Positions 12,409-24,689 of a stretch of DNA of 64,000 nt are shown here, piece by piece (positions within the stretch are counted from its first letter, which is position 1; every line of letters starts with the position of its first letter). The notes under the pieces are model-generated. The model did no database searches. It was not told the DNA's origin and worked only from the letters and a program-made list of their open reading frames with translations. Made by a program: the position numbers and the translations under genes. The stretch covers positions 9,176,001 through 9,240,000 of the forward strand of contig CM060734.1 of assembly GCA_030704615.1 (NCBI GenBank), written 5' to 3'. The DNA comes from Takakia lepidozioides. Taxonomy: Eukaryota > Plantae > Bryophyta.

Positions 12409-14147
12409 ATGGAGGAGATGTATGGAGCTACCAAGGGGCCACGAAGGTACTCTGGGGCGGTGGGGCACCATGAGTTGGATGATTTTATCCAAGAGTTTGA
12501 TAGTTGGTGTGATTTGCAGCAAATGCGCAATCCACAACTATTTACGCCGTTCATGGCATGGAAAGGGCTGTTTCAGCACCTTGAGGGGCCGCCTATGGAT
12601 GATTACCATGAGTTCAGGCGGGGGCATGAGGTTGAGATCGAGGAGTGGAGGATGTACTGGTCACCCGACTATGTCTCCATCACTAGGGGCACTAGAGCCA
12701 CGAGGGCAGTGGCTACACCTGCCGCGCTGCACCGGCAGCTTCAGCAAGCAGCAGTGGGACTGGTGGTACAGTAGCTACGACGTCCACCCAAGCCACTACC
12801 CACCAGCACTAGCACCCGTGCCTGCCTTCAACCCTGTTGTGGAGTTCTTCGAAGAGTTGAGAGGGAACTACCAAGGGGTGAGGACAGAGAAGTTGCGGAG
12901 CTTGCAAGAGTTCCAACGGAAGCCGACCGAGAGCTTGAGGGAGGCTTTCACTCGCATGAGGCGCTTGATAAATGTAACCCAAGGGGTTACGGAAGCTCAG
13001 GCAGTCCAATTCTGGTATGGGATATGGACAAGGAGCTGAGGAGAAGGGTGCGGGATGCAACTCTCCTACAAGCGCCCAACCCACCTTAGCAAATGTGTTT
13101 TTGCTGGCAGAGAGCGGATAGAGCTCAACATGGTGGAGGAACGAGTGGTCATGGTGGGATTTGCTAAGGAGACACCACGGGTAGTGGTGCTCCTAGCCAA
13201 CCACTACCTCAACGTGCTCAAGGCAACAAGGGGGCTCAGGTGAAGCTCAGGGAAGGGCAGAGAGGACCTCAGATGCAGGGGTCTCTCCCTTCATTTGCTG
13301 GCCAACAACGGGCGGATGTGGTGTGCTGGACATGTGGAGGACCCATGTCAAGAAGGATTGCCCAGAGGGAGGCAAAGGGTCGGCACATGCACAGCCTGCA
13401 CAGTTGCAGTGTGGGCATTGTGGCAAGCACGGGCATGGAGAGGCCCAGTGTTATGGTTTGCATCCTGAGTTGCGCCCAGGCCAGTTCCAAGGGAACAATG
13501 GTGGCCGGGGGCGAGGTGGAGCAGCCCAGAGAGGACGAGGTGGCCAGCCACGAGGTGCAGGCCAAGGGCAAGCTCAACGTGGCCAAGGACGCGGAGGTCA
13601 GGGTGTTGACCAAGGCATGGCCAACCGGCTTCAGCAGCTAGAGCAGAGGCTCGCTGCCATGGCTACAGCTCAGGTGGTACCGGCTCTAAGGCCGGATGGT
13701 CCACCTCCTGCTCCTGAGGGAGGAGATATGGGAGGCATGGGATTCATGTGTGGAGCAGCACTACCACTAGTGCAGGTGGAGTCTGCTGCAGCCGTGACTC
13801 GAGGAGCAGCACGAGTTCCTGAGCCACGAGGTGCAGAGGTGGAGTTGGATCCACAGCGTGGGGAGGCAAGCCGTCAGGCTAGGCTTCCTCAGTCATTCAC
13901 ATTGGCGGAGACAGTGTCGACGCCATCCATGGCACCTAGTTCTCGCCCGACTTACCGAGGCGGAGGTTACTATGCCATTGGGGGAGCTACACGGGTAGCA
14001 CCACTACCTAGTGTTGCCAAGGCTACGGCAGCTAGTGTGCTGCTAGGAGCGGCCACATCTGTGTGCCAGGCTCCATTGTTCTCGGCTACCATGATTGCGA
14101 CCGGGGTAAGACCAGCTGAGGTGTTCAGGCTGGCCTACACTCTGTGA
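12409..14147 (+). pseudogene. gag (frameshifted) with two CCHC-type zinc knuckles
   Basis: LRSLQEFQRKPTESLREAFTRMRRL gag-like segment; CWTCGGP(H)VKKDC and CGHCGKHGHGEAQC. Confidence 0.8.
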
Positions 14148-14339
14148 GAGTGGGGAGGTTACTTCATCTTCTGCGGAGATAGTGGGAGGTGTAGTGCCGG
14201 AGGGATCCTCGGATTTGAGGGTCAAGACTGCCACGGCGGCGCCATGGCAAGCTGCAGCTGCCAGGTTGATGGAGCTGCCAGCTAGGCCAGCCATTGAGCG
14301 CGCCATGGTGACACCTGGAGTTGTCATGTTAGACAACCA

Positions 14340-14750
14340 GGATGGCATTTTCTGTTTGAGTGGACCGGCAGGCAAGAGTACCGGCCACTGCGGTCTTGTT
14401 GGACGGGAGCTCAGCCACTGATGCTGGGCAGAGCTGCTATTGCAGGCTTGGGCCTCACGGAGGCGGATATGGAGCCTTGTCCTTTCCAGATACAGACGTC
14501 TCTGGGAGGATCGGAGCAGGCTCGGGGCATGACACGGCATGAGTTGGCTATCAGACTACGGCCGGATCACCCTACAGATGGCTCAGTGATGCGAGCCAAG
14601 GCCATTGTGACAGACGCAGTCTCATACGATGTCCTGGTTGGTGGGGCAGTGTTGTACCCCATGGGCTTCACCCTGGATTTTTGGGAGGAGTCAGCTTCCT
14701 ATAGGCCTGCATGGCAGTCAGGGGGGGCCGGCGTGTGCAGCTCCCTGTGA
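14340..14750 (+). pseudogene. Retropepsin-like aspartic protease (frameshifted)
   Basis: AVLLD(S)GAQPLMLG active-site region; downstream YDVLVGGAVLYPMG. Confidence 0.7.
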
Positions 14751-15099
14751 CGTTCATAGGAGGAGTTGCGGTTGCCCAGCGAGGCAAGATGCCGACACTA
14801 GCAGCATTCACAGCGGCAGTGAGTTGGCCTAGAGAGTTGCTTGAGGGCAATGCTCATTCAGAGGATGTACCACCTCCGGGAGAGCAGGATGACATGTATG
14901 GTATGGCGGAGTTGCCTACCATGGTTGCTCAGACTCCATTGTGGGGCACGAGCAAGGATTTGCAGCGGGATGCTGATCGACGGGTGCAACAAGCCTGGGT
15001 GGAGGCTTTTGTACCGTCAGGAGAGGAGGAGAGAGTGTGGGGATTGCACCAGGACCACCTCAATTGTCTCCATTGGACACCACACCTATTGTGTGGCAG

Positions 15100-16055
15100 T
15101 CTCCGGATGAAGGCATTTGTCTTCTGGACTTGTTTGGCGGGATCAGCACCGGATTGGCTGCTGTGTTACAGGCAGGTGTACGAGTTCGGCGTTACCTGTA
15201 TGTGGAGAGGGATGAGACTGCACGACGCGTTTCACTTCGCCATGTTGCTCAGTTGGTGCAGCGGTACCCTGAGTGTTGTTGTCGGTGTCTGCAATTCGTG
15301 GATATCAGCAGGCCTTGCCAGCAGACATTTCGTTGCTGGGGGCGCAGGATTTGGAGCGGGTTGGCTCCATTGATCTGGTAGTGGCAGGTTGGCCCTGCCA
15401 AGGGCATTCATCAGCCGGGCATGGCAATGGATTGCGAGACTCGAGGTCGGGTCTGTTTTGGGAGATGGTGCGGGTTTTGCGCCACTTGCAGCTTCATCAA
15501 GCTGTATCTCCAGCATACATCTTGGAGAATGTGCCACTGATGGGCGATTCTCGGGCCAGGGTGATGGCCAGTGCATCAGTCCGGTCGTGGCTTGGGTCAG
15601 CAGTGTTGCTAGATGCAGCTACAGTGGGGTCACGGGCTCATCGTCCACGGCTATGGTGGACTAACATGATGCCACCCGCACTGCTCAAGCGTGCATTTGA
15701 TGGGGTGCAGCGGCCAGCACATCTCACAGTGGATAACATTCTGGACACAGGGAGGCAGTCTCAACGTGTGAGACACGATGACCGTTCGCCTTTGGCAGTG
15801 GTCAACAAGGTGGGTCAACCACGAGCAGCATTACCTACACTGCTCAGCTTCCCAGGATCGCATGCTTTCCGGGATAGTGGACCTGGCCTCCTGTGGGATG
15901 CTCAGTTGGCAGCAGTTAGTGGAGCCTAATGCTGACGAGCGTGAGCGGGCAATGGGTTTTACCACTGGTACCACGGCGGTGTCGTCTCTTTCTGAGGCAT
16001 CACGTCGTCAAGTGTTGGGGCAAGCAATGGATCTCAATTGCTTGACCTGGATTTC
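15100..16055 (+). pseudogene. DNMT3-like C5-cytosine DNA methyltransferase domain inside pol
   Basis: Motif I LLDLFGGISTG, II YLYVE, IV DLVVAGWPCQ, VI YILENV, VIII SRAHRPRLWWTN, IX ERERAMGF, X RRQVLGQAM; split over three frames. Confidence 0.92.
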
Positions 16056-16429
16056 AGCTTGGCTCTAGCTGAGCAACGCAGAGTGCGGAATACACTTCCC
16101 TCAATGGTCTCTCTGCCTACCGAGACGGTACAGGCAGTGAGTGGGGGCGAGCATATGAGGACCACGGGGTGCATGCATCCATGGCACACGTGGGAGGTGC
16201 TCGAGGTTCAGAGGGAGTTGGCAGCCAAGGCGGCTGTGATGGATGAGGTTGGGGATTCTTCTCGGTTGAGGAGGTCCTCAAGGATGAGATGATGGGGCAG
16301 GATGAGGCCTTGTCATTGACTGAGCAGGTAGGGAGTACTGCTCAAGAGGTTGCAGCATAGCAACCACGGGACGCGTCCTCTACCTCTAAGCCCACTGGAC
16401 TTAAGGTTGTAGTTACGGAGGACAATTGG

Positions 16430-17850
16430 GAGCCTGACATTGGACCCATTGTCACCGGAGGAGAGAGACGACGTATACGGCGGTTCCTGAGGGCTTACAG
16501 GAATTGCTTTGCCTTCAGTTTGAAGGACTTGGGAGCACTGAAGGGTCAAGAGATCCGTATTGAGTTGGCCACTGACACGCCAATCTTTCGGAGACCCTAT
16601 AGATACAGTGACATGGAGAGGTCTTTGATTCAGATGAGGACTCAAGATCTCTGGGAGGCAGGTTTGGTGGAGAGTATGCTTCAGCCACAGTGATGCCAGC
16701 CAAGAAGGATGTCTATGGCAATTGGACGGAGAGACGTATGTGCGGTGATTACCGGCCTGTAAATCGTCAGACCAAGTCCGATAAGTATGCCATGCCAACA
16801 CCAGAGGAGATCTTTGATGCCATCGGGCATGCTAAGGCCTTTAGCACTTTGGATTTACGATCCGGATATCACCAGTTGCCAATCAAGGAGGCGGACAAGC
16901 AGAAGACGGCATTCTGGGGGATCAATGAGCACGGCAAGGATTGCCTATATCAGTGGCGGTTCTTACCATTTGGGCTTAAGAATGCTCCTGCAGAGTTTCA
17001 GAGAGTCATGGATAGGATTCTAGCAGGGGTGGACTTTTTCGGTGCTACATAGATGACATCATCATCTTTAGTGTTACGATGGAGGAGCATGAGAGACACC
17101 TTCAGGTGGTATTGGAGCGCTTGAGAGCGCACGGATTGAAGTTGCATCCGGGGAAGTGCAAGTTTTTCCACAACCAGATTGAGTATCTGGGTCACATGAT
17201 ATATCCTGGAGGATTGGGGGTACAGCAGACTAAGGTAGAGGCCATTGCACAAATTCCACGCCCCACGGATGTGAGCCGAGTTCGAGCTTTCATGGGGTTG
17301 GCAAACTATTATAGACGGTTTGTCAAGGGATTTAGTACCATTGCAAAGGCTCTAACCAAGCTGACCAAGGTGGACCAGGAGTGGCAGTGGGAAGATGAGC
17401 AGGAACGAGCTTTTCAAGAGCTCAAGGCGAGGTTGACCTCGGCGCCTATCTTGAGACGACCTATCAGGGGGCGTCCCTTTCAGCTGCATACGGATTGGAG
17501 CATGCTGGGGCTTGGAGCGGTGCTCACACAGGTGGATGATGAGGGAAGAGAGTTCGTAGTGGCTTACGCTAGCCGCTCGAACAACGCTGCAGAGGCTAAG
17601 TACAGCTCATATGAGGGAGAGTGCTTAGCTGCAGTGTGGGCCGTGGCACACTTCAGGTGCTATCTATACGGCAATCTTTTCACCCTTGTCACGGATCACC
17701 AGCCACTCAAGTGGTTGATGGAGTCAGACAAGCTTACGGGGAAGCTTGCACGGTGGGCACTTATACTCCAGGAGTATGACTTTCAGGTTGTGCATCGACC
17801 GGGTTTGGTCAATCGGGATGCGGATGGATTGAGTCGCAATCCATGCATGA
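16430..17850 (+). pseudogene. Gypsy reverse transcriptase + RNase H
   Basis: RMCGDYRPVN, LDLRSGYHQ, PFGLKNAP, YIDD, LHTDWS, YSSYEGECLA, TDHQPLKW. Confidence 0.95.
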
Positions 17851-18095
17851 GCCAGCAGGATGACACTGGAGCTCGGTGGCATGGTGAGACGGACGAGGAG
17901 ATGGTGCCGGGATGGCACGCATCTGCATTTTTGTGTATCTTGGCATCGGGAGGTCAGATTGGACCTACAACAGGGATGACTGTAGACGGAGTGTCTGAGG
18001 ACCCTGAGGGCTAGTGATGAGCTAGGTGGTGCCAGAGATATACATGAGGATTCGGCTGTGTTGGACTACCTCCGCACGGAGACACGGCAGCCATT

Positions 18096-19270
18096 GTGAC
18101 TGCCAGGGAGAGGGATCGGATCCTGCAACGAGCCAAGAGGTTCAAGTGGGAGGGGATACACCTACTTCGAGTGTGGGAGGATGGTCGGGTGAGGATTGTG
18201 CCTCACCCCACACAGCGTGCACGGTTAGTGCGGCATGCCCATGAGGAGTTGGGGCATTTTGGAGTGCGACGCACTCACAGTTTACTGCAGGGGCAGTATT
18301 GGTGGCGTGGTATGCATACAGAGGTGCAACAGTTTGTGGCTAGGTGCATGGTGTGTGACAGGGTGCGTGCTTCATTCAACGCCCCTACACCACAGTTGCA
18401 TCCTTTACCAATCATGGGATTGGGCTACAGGTGGAGTCTTGACTTCGCAGGACCGTTGCCACTGACTATGCGCCACCACAGATATGTGTTGGTGATGGTG
18501 GAGCACTTCTCCAAGTGGATTGAGTTGGTTCCATTGCCTGACAAGGCTAGTGAGGGGGCTGCGTATGCATTCTTGGATCGTGTGCTTAGCCGATTTGGTG
18601 CTCCAGCTGAGGTACTCACGGACCAAGGGAGAGAGTTCTTGGGGGAGTTTCAGGCTTTGTGTGATAAAGCCTTGATAGACCACCGCACCACTTCTCGGGA
18701 TCATCCTGAGGCCGATGGCTTAGCAGAGAGAGTTGTTTCAGACGGTGAAGAGGGGTTTGCGCAAGTATGGCTTGCAGAAGGGACACCTAGGAGATTGGGA
18801 TCTTCAGGTTCCTTGGTTAGCCATGGGCTACAGGTTCAGCAAACAAGCATCACTTGCCTCCTTCTCACCATATTTCCTTCTCTTTGGCCGAGAGCCGGAT
18901 TTGCCTGCAGCCATTCGTAGGGACACTGCTCAAGTCCTTAACCTTGACGATCCGGACGTGTGGGTACGTGCATGTGATCAGCGTGCAGAGTTGTTCAAGA
19001 AAGTCATGCCCATGGCTTTTGAGAACCTTGCCATTGCACAGCACCGTGATACGTTGAGGTATGCCACTATACGTGGTGGAGGATATCGTCCTGGGGTTCG
19101 GAGGTTTAGCCCTGGTGACTATGTTTATTTGCAGCAGACTGCCTACGACTCTGGATGTTACTGCAGGGCGTGTTATTCTGAGGGTTCGAGAGGTGTTGCC
19201 CTCAGGGGTCCTGATCTTAGAGGGTCGGGATGGCATGACTTGGAAAGACCATGTGCGTAATTGTGCGCCA
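18096..19270 (+). pseudogene. DDE integrase (HHCC zinc finger, core, C-terminal region)
   Basis: HEELGHFG..CMVC; WSLDFAGP, LTDQGREF, HPEADGLAER. Confidence 0.92.
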
Positions 19271-19329
19271 TGTCACCTTCCCAATGTCGATGGCAGAGTT
19301 GACCCAAACTTGGCAGTGGTACCTGCAGG

Positions 19330-19478
19330 TTTGAGGTGCATGCTCTGTGGGTCTGCCAAAGGGGCAGCCACCATGCTGGTGTGTGATCGATGCTCAAGGG
19401 GTTGGCATATGGGATGCTTGACACCACCCTTGAGAAGGTTCCTGACGGAGATTGGTTGTGTCCACACTGCTTGGGATA
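19330..19478 (+). CDS. PHD finger at the integrase C-terminus
   Basis: CMLC..MLVCDRCSRGWHMGCLTPPL..(frameshift)..DGDWLCPHC = C4HC3 pattern. Confidence 0.85.
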
Positions 19479-19737
19479 GTGGCAGTGGACATGACTGGAG
19501 GCAGCTAACAAGACATGGGAGGCCAAGCTCATAGGAGTCAATACATGAGATCCCAAGCTCAAGTTCACAGGTTGCAAGACGGCGACTAACGATGGGGCAA
19601 CTCTTGCACCCGGCCTCTTGATCTATCGAGTTTGAGTGTAGTAGGGATAGTGGTGGAGGACTTAGTGAGGCTATGGTCACTATCACATCTTGTGGCTACC
19701 TGGACTTAGAGGGACCTAAGCACCAGCTAGGGGGGCG

Positions 19738-19928
19738 ATTGTGTGGACTAGTGACTGCCATAGTGGGCAGCGTAGTGGCAGCCTAGTGACTGACTAGTTG
19801 TAGCCTAGTGGTTGGACTAGTGGTTGGACTAGTGGGTAGACTAGTGGTATACTAGTGTGTGGTGTGCACATGTGTTGTGTGGTTTTGGACAGCGATGTAG
19901 TTGTGTAGCGATATGTATGCGCACGACA
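19738..19928 (+). repeat. Terminal repeat B1 (preceded by polypurine tract AGGGGGG 19729-19735)
   Basis: Near-identical to 20255-20444. Confidence 0.95.
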
Positions 19929-19930
19929 GC

Positions 19931-20254
19931 TGTCAAGTTATTTTACCACTAGTGTGAAACTAGCTAGGAAATAGCTAGCTTTTACATATTGACATTTGGG
20001 ATTGGCCCAAGTGTCAATCCAGGGGTCAAGGCAGATTTAGGCCCTGGAGTGGTTATCTTCACGGCAAGCGCGGGAGGCTCATCTTTCTCGAGTTGAGCCT
20101 CACCGCGCCTAGCTATGGCGCCGTAGTGTGGATTCCCCATGGCGTGGGGTGCACTTGGCTTGACTTGTATTTGAGTGATGAGGTTATATATGCATGAGTT
20201 TATGCTTCAGCTTGTGAGCTCGCATGAGCTTGTGCTTGTATTCTTCTTCTTTAT
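19931..20254 (+). repeat. Terminal repeat A2
   Basis: Copy of 9548-9872. Confidence 0.95.
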
Positions 20255-20444
20255 ATTGTGTGGACTAGTGACTGCCATAGTGGGCAGCGTAGTGGCAGCC
20301 TAGTGACTGACTAGTTGTAGCCTAGTGGTTGGACTAGTGGTTGGACTAGTAGTGGACTAGTGGTATACTAGTGTGTGGTGTGCACATGTGTTGTGTGGTT
20401 TTGGACAGCGATGTAGTTGTGTAGCGATATGTATGCGCACGACA
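20255..20444 (+). repeat. Terminal repeat B2
   Basis: Copy of 19738-19928, ends GACA followed by the TSD. Confidence 0.95.
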
Positions 20445-20794
20445 GTGGTGTAGAGTGAGTGGTTACAGACCATTTAGTAGCTGGAACCACTCGGCTAGTG
20501 GTTGGAACCACTCGGCCAGTGGTTATGCGCTAGTGATTACATACACACCAGTGATTGGTATTACTTCTGTGGTGAAAAAATTTATTGGTTTGTGTGTTGA
20601 TGGAAAACCCAAAAATCCATCCATCTATCGCTACATTCATCCATCCAGTCATGAGTGAGGGGACTTCGCGTTTTTTTTGTCTTCCCTGCCATTGTGGCAT
20701 CTGTTTCTTTTCTTTATGTCGAGTTTGATCGTGAAAGACAAACATGATAGAGCTATGTTTATTTTCTTATAGTGTCGAGTCTGATCATGAGAGA

Positions 20795-21140
20795 CGACAA
20801 GCGGAGCTGGTGGGATAGGGACAGACATGGACTCAAGACCTAGAATCGGGGCATGAAGGTGTGCACGATGGTGGGACAACCGCGATCGCAAGGTGTAGCT
20901 TTTTCTCAATGTACAATGACGAGCAAAGCTGGTGGGATAGGGGGCAGACAGGGACTCAATATCTAGAATCGGGGCATGAAGGCGTGCACGATGATGGGAC
21001 AACCGCGATCGCAAGGTGTGGCTTTTCTCAATGTACAATGATGAGCGGAGCTGGTGGGATAGGGGGCAGACATGGACTCAAGCCCTAGAATCGGGGCATG
21101 AAGGCATGCACGATGGTGGGACAACCGCGATCGCGGGGTT
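20795..21140. repeat. ~120-bp tandem repeat x3 inside CACTA
   Basis: GAGCTGGTGGGATAGGGG..CTAGAATCGGGGCATGAAGG..GGGACAACCGCGATCGC recurs three times. Confidence 0.85.
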
Positions 21141-22269
21141 TGATACTCATGGGAGAAGGAACAACATTCTGAATTACAGTAGGAGGTCATGAAAGTGCTT
21201 GAGTGCTATGGAATGAGTGTCTCTGCTGGTGAAGTGTTGCTGGTGTACTACCTTTAGATGTTGCTCATGCCAGCGGTACAATCATTAAAGTAGGGGATGT
21301 CTTGTGTGAAGAGATGGTGAAAGGATTGTTGAACATTTGCTGAACTTAGTTGGAAGGAGGACATGTGGTCTTTATATGAAGGTAAGTCTTACTACCAACG
21401 TCAGCCCCTAACAGAGGTAGGTTCTGTTCCTTTTGTTCCCGCTCAAACTGGGCACGGGGTCAATGGCCACAAGGCTACGGCAAACAAACGTCTTATGAGT
21501 ACAATCTCACCCTTAGTTCCTCTCAGATTGTGGAAGCGATTGAGCATTTTCATGATGTGTAGGGTTTAGGGTAGGGTTTTGTGTAAAGCAGAGGTAGAGG
21601 CAGAACCGAGCAAGGTTTAGGGTAAATCTAAGTGAGTAAGAGGCTGGGGTGTATGGCGGAGGAATGATCTTTGGAGTGATGAACTGATGGAGAACGGAGT
21701 GTGTGGGGTTGGACTGAGAGTGAGGGAGAGGCTGGAGAATGGCTCATGAAATGTATATGCTTACAGTGACTGAGATGGTGATTGGTTTATATAACCAAGC
21801 CTATTACTACTATGATTGGCTTGTGAACTTAAGGCATGAGTGGTTGATTGTTTTATTTCGACAACCTGATATTCTTTGAGCCTGGTTCCGGAGATTTATC
21901 TCCAGACCTGCAATCTGCTTTTGTGATGAGTTTACAATTTGCATATATGGTGGTAAATGTTATATATCAAACCTTGGTTCTTTCCTAAATGTGAATGACC
22001 TAGAAACTTTGTGAGAAAGATGAATGGCTTATGAGTTGGACTATGTATGGCTTGACTGCTGGATTAAATTTCAAAGGGTTAGAACATGTGTTAGGGTTTT
22101 AATACTGAATGGATGTGGGACATTGCTAGGCGCCAGAGCATGACATTCCATGCATTCACGCCATTGGATGCCAAACTTTCTTGGCACGTTGGCCAAGTTT
22201 GTATGCGTTCACGAACTGCCGACCTTGCTCGTTGCCCGGTTGACTTATTTCCATCATTGCTAACTTTGT

Positions 22270-23528
22270 GGGTGGAGGGGGCTTGTGTTAGGCTGCATCA
22301 AGCGCGCAAAGGAAGGGGGGACTGAGGCTGTGGCGAATGCTACTGGTCCACCTACGACATGGGTGCAACAAGGTCCGAATGGCCCATGGGTGCAATCCAG
22401 AGGTGGGCAAACGTGGCTACAGCAAGGAGCACCTACCTGGTAGCAGCCCATGGCCCCTCCATAGATGACAAACACGTGGTCATGGATTCCAAGTGAGTCC
22501 AATGGAGGACCCCAAGGAGCTTGGGTACAAGGAGGTGCCCAAACTTGGGGCCCTCCATGCAACGCTGCTGGTGGGCAGTTGGCAGGCCCCCCTTTTATTG
22601 GTGTGTGCCATGAATTCTATGCATTAGGTATGGTAAGACGTACTCATGTACTATACCTTGTTGTTTTGTTGGCATGTAGAAGGGGACTAAAGCAGAGGAC
22701 CCTGCCCCAACCATCGTGAAGGGAGCTGAGAAGAAGTACATGCGAAAAGGAGAGCGTGTAACCAGAGCCACTGTTGCCAAAGGCACAAAGTCCTTGACTG
22801 ATGCAAATGGTGACATAACACCAAGTTCTAGCGGGAGTAAGAGTCAGGTGGGCCTTCAGGAGGCACCTCTCCATGCAGCAGTTTCTGTACTAGAGGTGAG
22901 CATGCATGCACCTGTTGGCTATCAACTCTGTACAATGTGGCCATTTACATGTTGGGTACTTCAAACTATTAGTAGATGCATTGCTAAATTAAACTGCTAA
23001 GGGGTGTTGGGCGTGATGTTTGCAGGCTGAGAAAGCCGCTCTTGATACTGCCACCGATAGTGCACCAACTGCGGCACCTTCAAAGGCAACCCCCAAATAT
23101 CAACCCCCTGCCACAGTGGCAGATATTCTTATGCTACCAAAAGTACTCTACACTTTCAGTGATTGCTTATACTAGGCGGTCCTCATTATCTAGTTTTTCA
23201 ATGTACATGTATGTCTTCATGGGTTGATTAATGTGGTTTTATGGTGGGGTGTGTGCAGTTTAAGTTGAAGGACAAAATCAGCCTGTATGATCCTCATTTA
23301 CCACAACACAGGGCTGCCAGTGGAATTGTCACTGATGTGCCTGGCAAAGATACATATCACTGCCGTGTTATACCTGAGGGATTGTGGCGGGTTGAGGTGA
23401 ATGATATCTATATTGCCAATTATGTCTTGCCTCACCCTAACGAGGAAGAGGTCCCACCGCAAACAATGTTAGAGGATGTCGTTGGTCTGAATTGTCTTTG
23501 GCCAGAGAAGAACATGAAGAGGGCTTAG
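22270..23528 (+). pseudogene. CACTA TnpA/TNP1-like gene remnant
   Basis: Last exon AASGIVTDVPG..HCRVIPEGLWRVEV..LPHP..MLEDVVGLNCLWP resembles En/Spm TNP1 C-terminal domains; upstream Q/G/P/W-rich exons. Confidence 0.55.
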
Positions 23529-24689
23529 ATTTTGTTCGCCCGGGCATAAACATTGCTGGCAGTGAGAAGAAGGCATGAAAGCAGTTCAGTGTTCCTAGCA
23601 TGCATGCGGAGACGCCGTGTAGAAGTTAGGTTTAGTGCTTTATCATGGCTGGATTTTGTTGACAGTGTTCCAGCACTTAACTCTCTGGGATTCTATTCTA
23701 TTTTGTGGAGCTTGAATCCCCAATGGTACTTCTTTAAACACTACACTAGTGGTATGTGTTCCTCTAGTCATGTTCATAATCACTTGCACATCACTGTAAT
23801 AGTGATATAATTTAAAACTGTGGGAGTAGCCAAATGCACACAATTGCCTACATTACCACTTGTATAGTGGTATAAGTAGTCACATATATATTACTGTACT
23901 AGTGGTATGAATTCCTCCAGTGGTATTCCTAATCACTTACACACCACTCTGTTAGTAATGACTCAAATCCATAGTTCCCACTCAGAGAGACACCATGAAT
24001 GACTCAAATAGCTTACACACCACTCTGTGGGTAATCATTCCAATGACCTGCTGAGAGACGTCATCCACTCACATAACCGCTCTGTGAGTGATATTGTATA
24101 TTCTCAATTTTCATAGAATGACTCTATGAGTCATTTTGTGGTCACTCAACAAGTGGTTTCGGAAGTCATTGAATTTTTCACTCCATCCATTTCGTATCAC
24201 TGACACACGACACGTGACCATGCTGAGAGTGTCGCCACGTGTCGACATAATCTCCAATATCATCCACGGACCACCGGCTTACACGTCTCCACTACAAAAC
24301 GGAAGTGGTTACTTTATTACTATGACACGTCAGTTTACCACTGTGACACGTCATAAGTGGTTGGTTTACCTCAGTGACACGTCATTGACATGTCACAATG
24401 GTTAGATATATCACTGTGACACGTCAGCTAACAGGTGGACCCGGACGTGAGTGGTTCGAACCATTGTCCTTAACCACCGGTGCCACGTAATTTCTTTTAC
24501 CACTCACTTGTCTTAATGCACTGGGTTCTTCATCACTCTGGGGCCAGAGTGGTTTAGTGTCTTTTACCACTCAAAATGAGTGGTTAACAGAGTGGTTATT
24601 CCGCGTTTTTCTTCTAGTGAGTTTTCGAACATGCATAATAAACTCAACGGAATGAAATTAGCAGAAGAGGCAGTCCACAATCCTGAACT

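Larger units (their letters stand above)
9548..20444 (+). mobile_element. Ty3/gypsy-type retroelement with DNMT3-like domain and split direct repeats
   Basis: TGTC...GACA ends, 4-bp TSD GTGG (9544-9547, 20445-20448), gag-PR-DNMT-RT-RNaseH-IN-PHD order. Confidence 0.93.
8782..24619. mobile_element. CACTA (En/Spm) DNA transposon, non-autonomous, containing the gypsy insertion
   Basis: TIRs CACTACAAGAAAAACGCGGAATAACCAC / GTGGTTATTCCGCGTTTTTCTTCTAGTG; 3-bp TSD AGT (8779-8781, 24620-24622); many subterminal ACCACT/AGTGGT motifs. Confidence 0.95.

Noticed and set aside
9548-20444. DIRS/PAT/Ngaro tyrosine-recombinase element
   Set aside because: Has protease, HHCC-DDE integrase and a TSD; no YR motifs seen
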